From: an uncultured Gammaproteobacteria bacterium
Lineage (GTDB): Bacteria > Patescibacteriota > Microgenomatia > UBA1406 > HO2-37-13b
Assembly (NCBI GenBank): GCA_964413645.1
Contig: CAYPSA010000006.1
Span: 6,123 to 70,122 of the forward strand
Reading direction: 5' to 3'
Length of the DNA: 64,000 nt
Positions 1-9,590 of the stretch are shown here, one piece after another. The notes under the pieces were generated by a model. The model was not told the origin of the DNA. It searched no databases and was given only the letters and a program-made list of their open reading frames with translations. Numbering within the stretch: the stretch's first letter is position 1; each line of letters starts with the position of its first letter. The position numbers and the translations under genes are program-made.

Positions 1-1362
1 GGAACACTTGCAGCATACAAAGCTGATGGAACGTATTATTTGAATCAAGCATTCCTTGATCTCAATAAACCTGCGGGTCCAAGGCCAGCACATATTGGAA
101 CCACTACAACAAGCAAACAGAATACTGGGACAAGCCTTACCTTTGCTCACACAGTTTCAGGCAATAGTCCACTTTTGTTAGTAACCGCTTCCTATCGAGC
201 AGCCACAAACCCATCTGCACAGATACTAGCACTTACCTATGGTGCACAAACTATGACATTCATTCGACGTGATCAACACGCAGATCGAACAACTGAAATC
301 TGGTCTTTGGAAAACCCAATGGCTGGGACAGCAGATGTTACTACTACATTTAGTGCCAATCCAGAAGACCAAGTTATTGCGGCTACGACTATTAATGATG
401 TTGTCGCTGTTAATCCAATTGGCGCCAATGCTGGTGCTGGTTCAGATCTCCAAGATGGTACACATGTGGGAGTAGAATCTGTAACTGTACCTTCCTCTCA
501 AACAGAAGTTGTTTTGGGAGTCCTTTCAACATATCCTGATGGAGGCTCAAATATTGCAACTACGAAAAACGAAACTGCAGAGCTTTGGAATGTACGAACA
601 GGATCTAATAATATTGCCAGCCAAGGAGCTACTGAACCCGGAGCATCTTCTGTAACATTGGAATTTGGATCTCCAAAGAATTGGTCATGGGCAATGAGCG
701 CAGTTTCCGTAAGAATTGTTCCAACACCAGCTGTAAAAATGACACTCACGTCTAATAAAACAGCATATACAACCGGAGTTGATACTTCTGCAACATTTAC
801 AGCAGTCGTAACAGATGAAACAGGGGCTCCAATTACTAGCCTTACCGCTGAAGCATTTGAAACACTTCTTGATACAGCCCCAAGCTCACTTTCGTTTACA
901 GAAACAGGAACACCTGGTACATACACAAGCTCTCTTGACCTAACAACACTTCAAAATGGGACTCATCAGGTTTCAGTAAAAACGACAGATACGAGAACTC
1001 TTAATACAACCGAATTCGTATCATTCACACTTGCTGACCCTGTACAGAATCCAACGACAAGCATCGTAAATTCCATTACGTATCGTTTAGAAGGTGGGAA
1101 GAACAATAACAAAAACATTGTCATCACCGTGAATATTAAAAACAATCTTAATTCCCCTGTGTCTGGCGCAAGCGTTGGGATCAATCTCAAGAAAAATGGC
1201 TCAACAGTATTTACAGGAACAGGAACAACGAGTTTGACAGGTGATGTTTCATATACCTATCTCAATGCACCAGCAGCCTGTTATGCGACAACTGTGACAA
1301 GTGTAACTGCGGCAGGTTTGACATGGAACGGCACAACGCCTACAAATCAAGTTTGTAAGTAG
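1..1362 (+). CDS. Surface/secreted protein, 5'-partial (Thr/Ser/Asn-rich, beta-rich Ig-like C-terminal part)
   Basis: Frame 1 is open from nt 1. The track ORF 40..1362 begins on a TTG, so the gene probably starts upstream of the window. No catalytic motif recognised. Confidence 0.6.
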   Translation, partial: GTLAAYKADGTYYLNQAFLDLNKPAGPRPAHIGTTTTSKQNTGTSLTFAHTVSGNSPLLLVTASYRAATNPSAQILALTYGAQTMTFIRRDQHADRTTEIWSLENPMAGTADVTTTFSANPEDQVIAATTINDVVAVNPIGANAGAGSDLQDGTHVGVESVTVPSSQTEVVLGVLSTYPDGGSNIATTKNETAELWNVRTGSNNIASQGATEPGASSVTLEFGSPKNWSWAMSAVSVRIVPTPAVKMTLTSNKTAYTTGVDTSATFTAVVTDETGAPITSLTAEAFETLLDTAPSSLSFTETGTPGTYTSSLDLTTLQNGTHQVSVKTTDTRTLNTTEFVSFTLADPVQNPTTSIVNSITYRLEGGKNNNKNIVITVNIKNNLNSPVSGASVGINLKKNGSTVFTGTGTTSLTGDVSYTYLNAPAACYATTVTSVTAAGLTWNGTTPTNQVCK

Positions 1363-1618
1363 TCAATTACTCATTTCACCAACGCAGGCTAAGTCGCCAC
1401 ATTCATTTATTCTTACTACTGGGCACAAACTAAAAATCCGTTTACACGTAAGTTAGAAGACAATCTAATTCATAACTTGCATATATATCTTGCTAGAACA
1501 TCGAGTAATTTGAGCCAAACATCAGAACTTCATAGTAATATTCTTTCCGGTTTAGGTAATTCTAAAAACCGTAAGCTGCAACGGGAAAAGTTAAAGTTTG
1601 ATACAATAAACGGTGAGC

Positions 1619-1774
1619 ATGTTTTTTAAATCACTTTTAATTTTGCTCGTTGGATTCATTATTAATACCCCTGTTTCAGTTCATGCTCACCAGCCTCGCA
1701 TTACAGAAAATAAACAGGCCATAGTTTCTGAACCGGAAATTTCTAATTTTTTTCTCAGGATTTGCATTATTTGA
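1619..1774 (+). pseudogene. 51-codon ORF with a signal-peptide-like N-terminus and an early stop; probable gene remnant or small secreted peptide
   Basis: ATG 1619, MFFKSLLILLVGFIINTPVSVHAHQPRI..., TGA 1772-1774, with TACAAT 11 nt upstream. It lies in a ~520-nt gene-poor stretch that also holds a start-less open frame (1393..1629). Confidence 0.3.
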
Positions 1775-1879
1775 AGCGTTTTTTTAGCTGGTGTGAATTT
1801 TATGCTGCTTTTGGGTAAAAATATATGTCCATGATAAATAGTATAATAAGCAAAGCTTATAGGTATTTAAAAAACAAAA

Positions 1880-2347
1880 ATGCAGAATGTAAGCATGATT
1901 GACATAAATTTAGATTTCATTGGGTTATTTTTATTTATTGCAGGATTCATTATTGGTCTTGGGGCTGTAACAGTGATTGATATTCTTGGTTTTTTAGGAA
2001 GAAAATCTGCGTATTGGACAGAAGCTACGATTCGTACTCACAAAGTAACCAAGCCTCTGATTTGGATTGGAATAGTGCTTACAATAATTGGAGGACGTGT
2101 GGTGTATCGCAATGAAGCTTTTGAAGGAATTCCACTGTATCATACGCTGATTGCATGTGTACTTATTCTAAATGGATTATTTCTTACTTTTTATGTAAGT
2201 CCGTTTTTATTGCGAAAAGAACGTGCAAAAAAGCAACGAGAACTTTTGCCTAATTCTCTACAACATAAATTAATTATTAGCTTGATCCTTTCAGATATTG
2301 GCTGGTGGGGAGGATTATTACTATTAGTTCAGTATATTACTCGTTAA
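1880..2347 (+). CDS. Integral membrane protein, function unknown
   Basis: 155-aa ORF with 4-5 hydrophobic helices. An alternative start is ATG 1895. Confidence 0.6.
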   Translation: MQNVSMIDINLDFIGLFLFIAGFIIGLGAVTVIDILGFLGRKSAYWTEATIRTHKVTKPLIWIGIVLTIIGGRVVYRNEAFEGIPLYHTLIACVLILNGLFLTFYVSPFLLRKERAKKQRELLPNSLQHKLIISLILSDIGWWGGLLLLVQYITR

Positions 2348-2355
2348 TACTTAGT

Positions 2356-2799
2356 ATGTCCAAAAAGACAGTTGATTTACTCTTCAAACCCGACCTGTCG
2401 CCAAAAGAAATGCTTGAACTTGGCGTTTTTGGAGGATTATATTTTGCCGATAAACCAGATGAGTTTCCAGATGAGTGGTGGACTAAAGCAAAGCTTTCTC
2501 CTGATGGAAAAAAACACAATGAACTCAATTATTTTAAGGTTAACGCAAGTCAACCACTTTCAGTGTGGCAAGCAAAAGGATGGATTAACCCACAAGATCC
2601 GCGAGGCTGGTTTCAATGGTATTGTAGATATTATCTGGGACGCAGAAGTGAGGATGACGAGCGACAAATAAAAAGATGGAAAGCTATACGAAGACATGTT
2701 GCTCAAATAAAGAATAATTGCAAACTGGGCGATATTACATGTCGACCAAAGCAGCGACAGGCCTTGTTACACTGGGCATATGATTCAAGAAAAATTTGA
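2356..2799 (+). CDS. Conserved hypothetical protein (WFQWYCRYYLGRR motif)
   Basis: The track ORF 2305..2799 overlaps the previous gene. The internal ATG 2356 (MSKKTVDLLF) follows that gene's stop and has a TAATAC/AATACT -10-like box just upstream. Confidence 0.6.
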   Translation: MSKKTVDLLFKPDLSPKEMLELGVFGGLYFADKPDEFPDEWWTKAKLSPDGKKHNELNYFKVNASQPLSVWQAKGWINPQDPRGWFQWYCRYYLGRRSEDDERQIKRWKAIRRHVAQIKNNCKLGDITCRPKQRQALLHWAYDSRKI

Positions 2800-2938
2800 A
2801 AAAATATCTTATGCGAGTCATATCGTTGTGAATATAGAAACTTATATAGTATAAATAAAGAAAAAATGGCCCTTGCATATTTAATTATTATTTTCTTTGC
2901 TTTATATAGACTAGATGATACCTGCTATACTAATTCAT

Positions 2939-3325
2939 ATGGAAATTAATCTAATAGCCGCATTCGTTGCGTCGTTTACTGGTTTAATTCTAGGTTTCAT
3001 GTGGTACTCAGTATTATTTGCTCGTTCTTGGCAGAAACTTGCTGGTGTAAGCGATAATCAAATGAAAACAGGTATGCCAAAACGTGCGCTTGGCTCTTAC
3101 CTACTCACACTTGTTATGGCATTAAATTTGGCCGCATTTATTGGATCAAATCAATCTGCGTCGTTTGGTCTTTTTGCAGGCTTTGCGGCAGGGTTTGGTT
3201 GGGTGGCAATGGCATTTGGAAGTAATTATTTATTTGAACATCGACCCCTAAAATTATTTTTCATTAATGCAGGATACAACATAATCCTGCTTTCCGTAAT
3301 GGGGCTTATTATTGGCTATTTCTAA
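2939..3325 (+). CDS. DUF1761-like small membrane protein
   Basis: MEINLIAAFVASFTGLILGFMWYSVLFARSWQKLAG resembles the DUF1761 family. Start moved to ATG 2939 because TGcTATACT (2923-2931) lies 7 nt upstream. Confidence 0.6.
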   Translation: MEINLIAAFVASFTGLILGFMWYSVLFARSWQKLAGVSDNQMKTGMPKRALGSYLLTLVMALNLAAFIGSNQSASFGLFAGFAAGFGWVAMAFGSNYLFEHRPLKLFFINAGYNIILLSVMGLIIGYF

Positions 3326-3331
3326 TAAATT

Positions 3332-3832
3332 ATGAGTAAATTAATCAACTGTATATGGTTTTCCAATAATAACGGAGAAGAAGCGGCGCACTATTATATC
3401 GATACTTTTAATGCGGCTCCGGGTGACCACGCCGCAACAATGGGGGATATTACAAAATCTCCTCAAGCGAGTGAAGAAGTTTCTGGTATACCCGCAGGTT
3501 CCGTTATGACAGCCGAATGCGAGCTCGATGGTATAAATTTTATGTTTCTAAATGCTGGTCCCGTTGATCAATTTAAATTAAACGGAGCAACGTCTTATAT
3601 TATTGAATGCGAAACGCAAGAAGAAATTGATTTTTTCTGGGAAAAATTATCTGCAGTTCCGCAAGCCGAGCAGTGTGGATGGTGCACTGATAAATTCGGA
3701 ATAACCTGGCAGGTTGTACCTAGAATTCTAGATGAAATGATGCGCGATCCTTCAAAAGCAGAAGCGGTAACGGCTGTTTTCATGCCCATGAAAAAACTTA
3801 ATCTTGAAGCAATTCGAAAAGCTGGAGAATAA
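3332..3832 (+). CDS. VOC/glyoxalase-superfamily protein (PhnB / 3-demethylubiquinone-9 3-methyltransferase-domain type)
   Basis: The N-terminal CIWF..NGEEAAHYY and C-terminal DKFGITWQVVP motifs are typical of this family. Confidence 0.6.
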   Translation: MSKLINCIWFSNNNGEEAAHYYIDTFNAAPGDHAATMGDITKSPQASEEVSGIPAGSVMTAECELDGINFMFLNAGPVDQFKLNGATSYIIECETQEEIDFFWEKLSAVPQAEQCGWCTDKFGITWQVVPRILDEMMRDPSKAEAVTAVFMPMKKLNLEAIRKAGE

Positions 3833-3928
3833 ATTGATCCCCTGTTCAACGTGAACGTACCAGATAGTTTGCAGACCACATCTTTGTTACAATAAAAACC
3901 ACTAATTAAGTGTACCGCAAAAAAATAT

Positions 3929-4849
3929 ATGAAAGCAGTAATCGCAAATGGCTATGGAGCGCCCGAAGTGTTGAGTGTTCAAAATGTTGAAAAGCCAATA
4001 CCAAAGAAAGGCGAGATTTTAATTAAAGTTAAAGCGGCTAGTTTGAATTCCGGGGACGTACGGATTCGATCGCTTGACGCTGGTGCAGGGTTAAAAGGTG
4101 TTATTGCAAAAACAATTATTCGTTTGCTTGTGGGAATTACAAAACCAAAACGAGTCCCTGGCATGGTGTTAGCTGGTGAAGTTGTAGCACTCGGTGACGG
4201 TGTGGATCAGTTTAAAATAGGCGATCAAGTGTTTGCAATGGCAGGATTTAGCTTTGGAGCATTCGGCGAGTATTGTGCTTTGCCTATTAAGCGAGCAATT
4301 GCACTAAAGCCAAAAAATGCTAGTTTTGAAGAAGCGAGCGCATTGCCCTTTGGTGGTAATACCGCATTATATTTTTTACGTAAAGCTGGTGCGGGTAAAA
4401 ATAAGCGCGTATTAATTTATGGATCTACGGGTGCAGTTGGATCATCAGCAGTTCAAGTTGCGAAATACTTGGGCTGTACTGTTACCGCCGTGTGCAGTAA
4501 AGATGGAATGAATTTATCAAAAACATTGGGAGCAAGCAAAGTATATGATTACCGAGCGACCGGACTCAATGAGATAGAAGGAACATTCGACTTAGTTTTT
4601 GATGCAGTGGGTAAAATTTCTAAAACAAAAGCAAAACATCTAATTTCTGTAAACGGCCAATACATTTCTGTTGAAGGTCTTGATGTTGCTAAGGAAAGTT
4701 CTGCGGATTTAGAACAACTTGCGAAAATGTTTGATAGTGGAAAATTAGTCGCGGTGATCGACAAAACATTTAAGTTAGAAGAAATTGTTGAAGCAAATAG
4801 ATATGTCGACACCGGGCACAAAAAAGGGAACGTAGTTTTAAAAATTTAA
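3929..4849 (+). CDS. NAD(P)-dependent quinone oxidoreductase / zinc-type alcohol dehydrogenase family (MDR)
   Basis: GroES-like N-terminus (GEILIKVKAASLNSGD) and Rossmann motif (YGSTGAVGSSAVQVAK). 306 aa. Confidence 0.75.
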   Translation: MKAVIANGYGAPEVLSVQNVEKPIPKKGEILIKVKAASLNSGDVRIRSLDAGAGLKGVIAKTIIRLLVGITKPKRVPGMVLAGEVVALGDGVDQFKIGDQVFAMAGFSFGAFGEYCALPIKRAIALKPKNASFEEASALPFGGNTALYFLRKAGAGKNKRVLIYGSTGAVGSSAVQVAKYLGCTVTAVCSKDGMNLSKTLGASKVYDYRATGLNEIEGTFDLVFDAVGKISKTKAKHLISVNGQYISVEGLDVAKESSADLEQLAKMFDSGKLVAVIDKTFKLEEIVEANRYVDTGHKKGNVVLKI

Positions 4850-4896
4850 AACAACTTTCGAAATTTTTGTAGTATGATTACTGGTACTACTTCATA

Positions 4897-6006
4897 ATGA
4901 TAAAAATACTTACAATTCTTTTTTTGTTCCTAACTTTTAGCGTTCAATTTACCACATCTGCTTTTGCCCAACAAACTCATGGAAATAGGCCTAATACTAC
5001 ATATTTTGAGGTTCGTGTTCTAAGCGTTAAAGATAAGTCGAATATTTTGTATCAAAATATGGCTGGAATAACTACGGTTGGTCTTGAAGTCGAAATTGAT
5101 TCGGGAAAATCGAAGGGTAAAAAGATTTCGATTGAACGAACAGACATTCCAAATAGTATGGGAGAGAAGCTAAGAACCGGGGATCATATTATTGTGGCTC
5201 GTAATATCGACCCGATAACCGGAAAAGAAATGTATTATATGACCGATTATGTACGTAAGAACCAACTATTTATTTTATTTGCTCTGTTCCTACTTTTTGT
5301 AGTTGTTATTGGTCGATTTCAAGGTCTTTTATCAGTCGGTGGAATGATTCTATCTTTTTTAATTATTATGAATCTAATAATTCCCCAAATTATGAATGGT
5401 GTTAATCCAGTGGGAGTAACGCTTTTGGGATCTCTTTTCATCATTCCATTAACATTCTATATGGCCCACGGAATTAATAAACACACAACTGTTGCGATAG
5501 TTGCTACATTTATCACGCTTGCATTGACCGGTGCTCTTGCTGTATTTTTTGTAGATTTTACTCGTCTTACTGGTTTTGCCATGGAAGAAGCTGTGTTTAT
5601 TCAGGCCATGAAAGGGAATGCAATTAATATTAAGAATTTACTTCTTGCGGGAATAATTATTGGAGCATTAGGAGTGCTTGACGATATTACTGTTTCGCAA
5701 ACATCAATAACTGAACGCCTGCATCATGCGAATCCTAAGTACGCCTTTAAGGAGCTGTATAACCAATCAATGAAAGTTGGTCGCGATCATATTGCATCGC
5801 TCGTTAATACTCTAATAATAGTCTATGCCGGAGCATCACTTCCATTGTTTTTATTATTTTCAGATCAGAATTTATCATTAATTCCGGTATTAAATCATGA
5901 AATAATTGCGACAGAAGTTGTGCGAACACTTGTTTCTAGTATTGGTATTATCTCCGCCGTGCCTATTGCAACGCTTCTTGCATGTATTGTTATAAAAAGA
6001 AAATAA
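4897..6006 (+). CDS. YibE/F family membrane protein
   Basis: Signal peptide plus a soluble N-domain, followed by about 7 TM helices with GVLDDITVSQ and RDHIAS motifs typical of YibE/F. Confidence 0.65.
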   Translation: MIKILTILFLFLTFSVQFTTSAFAQQTHGNRPNTTYFEVRVLSVKDKSNILYQNMAGITTVGLEVEIDSGKSKGKKISIERTDIPNSMGEKLRTGDHIIVARNIDPITGKEMYYMTDYVRKNQLFILFALFLLFVVVIGRFQGLLSVGGMILSFLIIMNLIIPQIMNGVNPVGVTLLGSLFIIPLTFYMAHGINKHTTVAIVATFITLALTGALAVFFVDFTRLTGFAMEEAVFIQAMKGNAINIKNLLLAGIIIGALGVLDDITVSQTSITERLHHANPKYAFKELYNQSMKVGRDHIASLVNTLIIVYAGASLPLFLLFSDQNLSLIPVLNHEIIATEVVRTLVSSIGIISAVPIATLLACIVIKRK

Positions 6007-6029
6007 AAGTAAATTACCTCTTGATTTAA

Positions 6030-6044
6030 TGCAAACCATTTGCA
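6030..6044 (+). promoter_or_regulatory. Putative Zur/Fur-family operator (perfect palindrome TGCAAA-CCA-TTTGCA) in the zur-znuABC promoter region
   Basis: 6-bp inverted arms with a 3-nt spacer, 4 nt downstream of TTGATT (6021-6026) and 19 nt upstream of the zur ATG. Confidence 0.45.
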
Positions 6045-6062
6045 ATAATAGTCTTTATAGCT

Positions 6063-6467
6063 ATGAACAAATTGGATCAACTTGTAAAAAATGGATTTCG
6101 AATTACAAAACCACGCCAGGCAATACTTGATGTGCTGGTTTCACACCCTGTAACGGTTCAAGAAATTTATGAATCATTAGAAAAAAAAGGCATTCATATT
6201 GATCTTACTTCCGTATATCGTTCACTTGAATTGTTTGTGGAACTTAAACTTGTGCAAGTTATCGAACTTGGAGAAGGTAAAAAACGATACGAATTGCTTA
6301 ACACCGACAATCATCATCACCATGTGATTTGTAATACTTGCGGAGTTATTGAAGATGTATCTATTGAACAGGAAAAAGAAATCCTTAAACATGTTACAAC
6401 GAAATCTCATTTTAAGATAGATACCCATACGTTAGAATTTTTTGGACAATGTCAGAATTGTCAGTGA
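6063..6467 (+). CDS. zur: Fur-family metalloregulator, probably Zur
   Basis: Winged-helix N-terminus, HHHHVIC..C and CxxC (CQNC) metal sites. It lies directly upstream of the zinc ABC transporter genes. Confidence 0.8.
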   Translation: MNKLDQLVKNGFRITKPRQAILDVLVSHPVTVQEIYESLEKKGIHIDLTSVYRSLELFVELKLVQVIELGEGKKRYELLNTDNHHHHVICNTCGVIEDVSIEQEKEILKHVTTKSHFKIDTHTLEFFGQCQNCQ

Positions 6468-6472
6468 TATAT

Positions 6473-7408
6473 ATGAAAAAAAACACGGTAATTTCCTTAC
6501 TTGTAATCGTCGTCATTTCTCTTGTAGTAAGCTTCTTATATATAGGATCTATTAATAAAAAATCGCAATCAAATCTGAAAGAGGAAAGCAATATTAGTGT
6601 TGTTGCATCATTTTATCCACTTCATTTCTTTGCTTCTCAAATTGCTGGTAATAAAGCAAATGTAATTAATCTTACTCCCGCAGGGGCCGAACCACATGAT
6701 TTTGAGCCAAGCACAAAAGATGTGGGAATAATTGAGAACAGTGACCTTGTGCTCATTAATGGCGTAGGTTTTGAACCGTGGGCTGAAAAGATCAAAGGAA
6801 ACCTGAAAAATAGCTCTGTCATATTTGAGCCAATTGCAGAGGGTTTGGCAAATATGGAAATTGTAGAAGAAGGTGAACTTATTCGGGATCCACATGTCTG
6901 GCTTGATCCTGTCCTCGCTAAACAGCAAGTTTTGAAAATAAGTCAGTTGTTCACTGAAATTGATCCTCAGAATGAAGCAATGTATGCGGCGAATAGTAAA
7001 AATCTTACGAATCAACTTGATGAACTTAATAGGCAATTTGAACAAGGTTTGTCTCAATGTAGTCAAAAAGAATTTATTACGTCACATAGCGCATTTACGT
7101 ATCTTGCATCGCGTTATGGAATTAAGCAAGTGTCTATTGCTGGCTTGTCGCCTGATCAAGAACCATCACCCAAGGAATTGGCTGAAGTAACATCGTTTGC
7201 AAAAGCAAATAATGTTAAGTATATTTTTTTTGAAACATTGGTGAGTCCCCGATTATCTCAAGCAGTTGCTCAAGAAATTGGCGCTCAAACGCTTGTGTTA
7301 AATCCTTTGGAAGGAATAGTAGAAGAAGAGCAGAAAGCGGGGCGTAATTACTTTACCGTACAAGAAGAAAACTTAAAAAATTTGAAAATTGCATTACAGT
7401 GTAAATAA
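6473..7408 (+). CDS. znuA: Metal (zinc) ABC transporter substrate-binding lipoprotein, ZnuA/TroA family
   Basis: EPHDFEPS and DPHVWLDP motifs with a TM/signal N-terminus. Start moved to ATG 6473 (MKKNTV), just after the zur stop. Confidence 0.8.
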   Translation: MKKNTVISLLVIVVISLVVSFLYIGSINKKSQSNLKEESNISVVASFYPLHFFASQIAGNKANVINLTPAGAEPHDFEPSTKDVGIIENSDLVLINGVGFEPWAEKIKGNLKNSSVIFEPIAEGLANMEIVEEGELIRDPHVWLDPVLAKQQVLKISQLFTEIDPQNEAMYAANSKNLTNQLDELNRQFEQGLSQCSQKEFITSHSAFTYLASRYGIKQVSIAGLSPDQEPSPKELAEVTSFAKANNVKYIFFETLVSPRLSQAVAQEIGAQTLVLNPLEGIVEEEQKAGRNYFTVQEENLKNLKIALQCK

Positions 7409-8131
7409 ATGATTATGAACAACAATACGCTCGTTAAAATCAGCAAAGTGAGCTTTACGTATAATGAAGAACGAGTGCTTGACGACATAAACTTAGAAAT
7501 AAAACGGGGAGATTTCTTAGGACTCATTGGGCCAAACGGAAGTGGTAAAACAACATTGCTAAAAATTATTCTCGGGCTTCTAAAATTGCAAGATGGGAAG
7601 ATTTCGCTTTTTGATCAGGATATTCAAAGTTTTAACCAATGGAAAAAAATAGGGTACGTTCCCCAAAAAGCGGCAGCGTTTATTTCACAATTTCCAATTA
7701 CTGTTGAAGAAGTGGTTAGTATGGGGGGAGCAAGCAAAGAATCCGTCAATGAAGCGCTGGCTGCAGTGAGCATGCAAAATCATAATAATAAATTAATAAA
7801 TCAACTTTCAGGTGGACAGCAACAACGCGTATTTATTGCTCGAGCGCTTGCTTCAAAACCAGAGCTTCTAATTCTAGACGAGCCGACCGTTGGGGTAGAT
7901 GTTGATTCACAAACAAAGTTTTATCAATTACTCCGAGACTTAAATAAAAACCTTAATCTTACACTCGTATTAGTTTCGCATGATATTGATGTTGTGGCAC
8001 ATGAAGTTAGCACGCTTGCGTGTATAAATAGTAAGCTGATATGTCATGGAAAACCCAAAGATATTATTACAAGTGATTTTATGAAAAAAATATATGGTAA
8101 GGATTTACGATTTGTTATACACGCACATTGA
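7409..8131 (+). CDS. znuC: Metal ABC transporter ATP-binding protein
   Basis: Walker A GPNGSGKTT, signature LSGGQQQR and Walker B LLILDEP. Confidence 0.85.
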   Translation: MIMNNNTLVKISKVSFTYNEERVLDDINLEIKRGDFLGLIGPNGSGKTTLLKIILGLLKLQDGKISLFDQDIQSFNQWKKIGYVPQKAAAFISQFPITVEEVVSMGGASKESVNEALAAVSMQNHNNKLINQLSGGQQQRVFIARALASKPELLILDEPTVGVDVDSQTKFYQLLRDLNKNLNLTLVLVSHDIDVVAHEVSTLACINSKLICHGKPKDIITSDFMKKIYGKDLRFVIHAH

Positions 8132-8133
8132 CT

Positions 8134-8928
8134 ATGTTTGAAATCTTTCAATATAGCTTTATGATTCGAGCGTTCCTTGCAGGAGGAATGATTGCAATTA
8201 TTGCTCCACTTATTGGTAATTTTTTGGTCATGCGTCGGTTTTCGCTTATTGCCGACACGTTATCGCATGTTGCACTGTCAGGAGTTGCGATAGGACTTCT
8301 TACGGGGACGCAACCATTGGTAGCAACGCTTGTAATAACAATTCTTGCTGCTATTGGTATTGAGCATTTGCGGACAAGTAAAAAAATTCCCGGCGATGCA
8401 GTGCTTGCAATGTTTCTTCCAGGAGGACTGGCGTTATCAATTGTATTAATAAGTCTTGCTAATGGATTTAATACAAATTTGTTTAGTTATTTATTTGGAA
8501 GTATTACTACGGTACAAGAAAATGAACTTTGGCTAATTTTAGTGCTCGGTATTTGTACGGTAGTTATTATTTCTACACTTTATAAAAAGCTGCTCTATGC
8601 ATCGTTTGATGAAGACAGTGCACGAGTTAGTGGAATTTCGATCGAAAGAATTAATACGATTCTGATTATTTTGACAGCAATAACGGTGTCATTATCAATG
8701 CGTGTTGTGGGTATATTATTAATAGGGGCACTTATGGTAATTCCCGTAGTTACAGCAATGCAGGTTGCCAGAAGCTTTCGACAAAGTATATTTATTTCTC
8801 TTTTATTTGCCTTACTATCAGTTTTTGGTGGTTTGGTAGCGGCATATTATTTCAATCTTCCAGCGGGTGGGGCGATTGTTCTTTTGTCGCTCGCAATTTT
8901 CGGTGTAGTGGTTACGATTAAGAGATAA
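8134..8928 (+). CDS. znuB: Metal ABC transporter permease
   Basis: Polytopic membrane protein of the ABC-3 type that follows znuC. ATG 8134 is preferred over the TTG 8128 used by the track. Confidence 0.8.
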   Translation: MFEIFQYSFMIRAFLAGGMIAIIAPLIGNFLVMRRFSLIADTLSHVALSGVAIGLLTGTQPLVATLVITILAAIGIEHLRTSKKIPGDAVLAMFLPGGLALSIVLISLANGFNTNLFSYLFGSITTVQENELWLILVLGICTVVIISTLYKKLLYASFDEDSARVSGISIERINTILIILTAITVSLSMRVVGILLIGALMVIPVVTAMQVARSFRQSIFISLLFALLSVFGGLVAAYYFNLPAGGAIVLLSLAIFGVVVTIKR

Positions 8929-8961
8929 TGTGTCAGGTTCAGATTCTGATAGAATCTATAT

Positions 8962-9510
8962 ATGAGCAATCTTCTGAAAATTTTATTACATAGTAACTAC
9001 CTAAATGTATTTGCTTATTCATTATTTGGTCCATTGTATGCTTTATACGTTGTCCAAGTTGGTGGCTCTGCTTTTCATGTCGGTGCAACATGGAGCATGT
9101 ATATGTTTATCACAGGAATATCTATGATTTACTTATCTAAAATCGCAGATAAGTCAGATAGAAACAAGAAGGTCATGATAGTATCCGGGTATTTTATTCT
9201 TTCAATCGGAGCTTTTATGTTTGCATTTGTGCAAAACACAACACAGATATACTTGGTACAAATGCTTAATGCTTTTGGAGTGGGTTTACTGAATCCTTCA
9301 TGGAAAGCAATGTATTCCAAGCTTGAAGACAAAGGTAAGGAAGCGCAAGAATGGGCTTCATTCGACGGTGGAAATACCATCCTAACCGCAATGGCTGCTT
9401 TAATGGGTGGACTTTTTATTACCTATTTCTCGTTTCAATCATTATTCCTTATTATCAGTGCGATCCAATTATTCGCAGCTCTTATATCTCTGAAAATTCT
9501 TCAGAAGTAA
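8962..9510 (+). CDS. Half-size (6-TM) MFS-like membrane protein
   Basis: 182 aa with about 6 TM helices and an MFS-like loop (SKIADKSDRNKK). TAGAAT lies 6 nt upstream of the ATG. Confidence 0.5.
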   Translation: MSNLLKILLHSNYLNVFAYSLFGPLYALYVVQVGGSAFHVGATWSMYMFITGISMIYLSKIADKSDRNKKVMIVSGYFILSIGAFMFAFVQNTTQIYLVQMLNAFGVGLLNPSWKAMYSKLEDKGKEAQEWASFDGGNTILTAMAALMGGLFITYFSFQSLFLIISAIQLFAALISLKILQK

Positions 9511-9590
9511 TCGTAACTTACATCTGGAAAGTAAATTGAAGCGGCTATGTTTTTGCGTTCTCTCAGCATTTTTATATAGTAGTATTTAAT

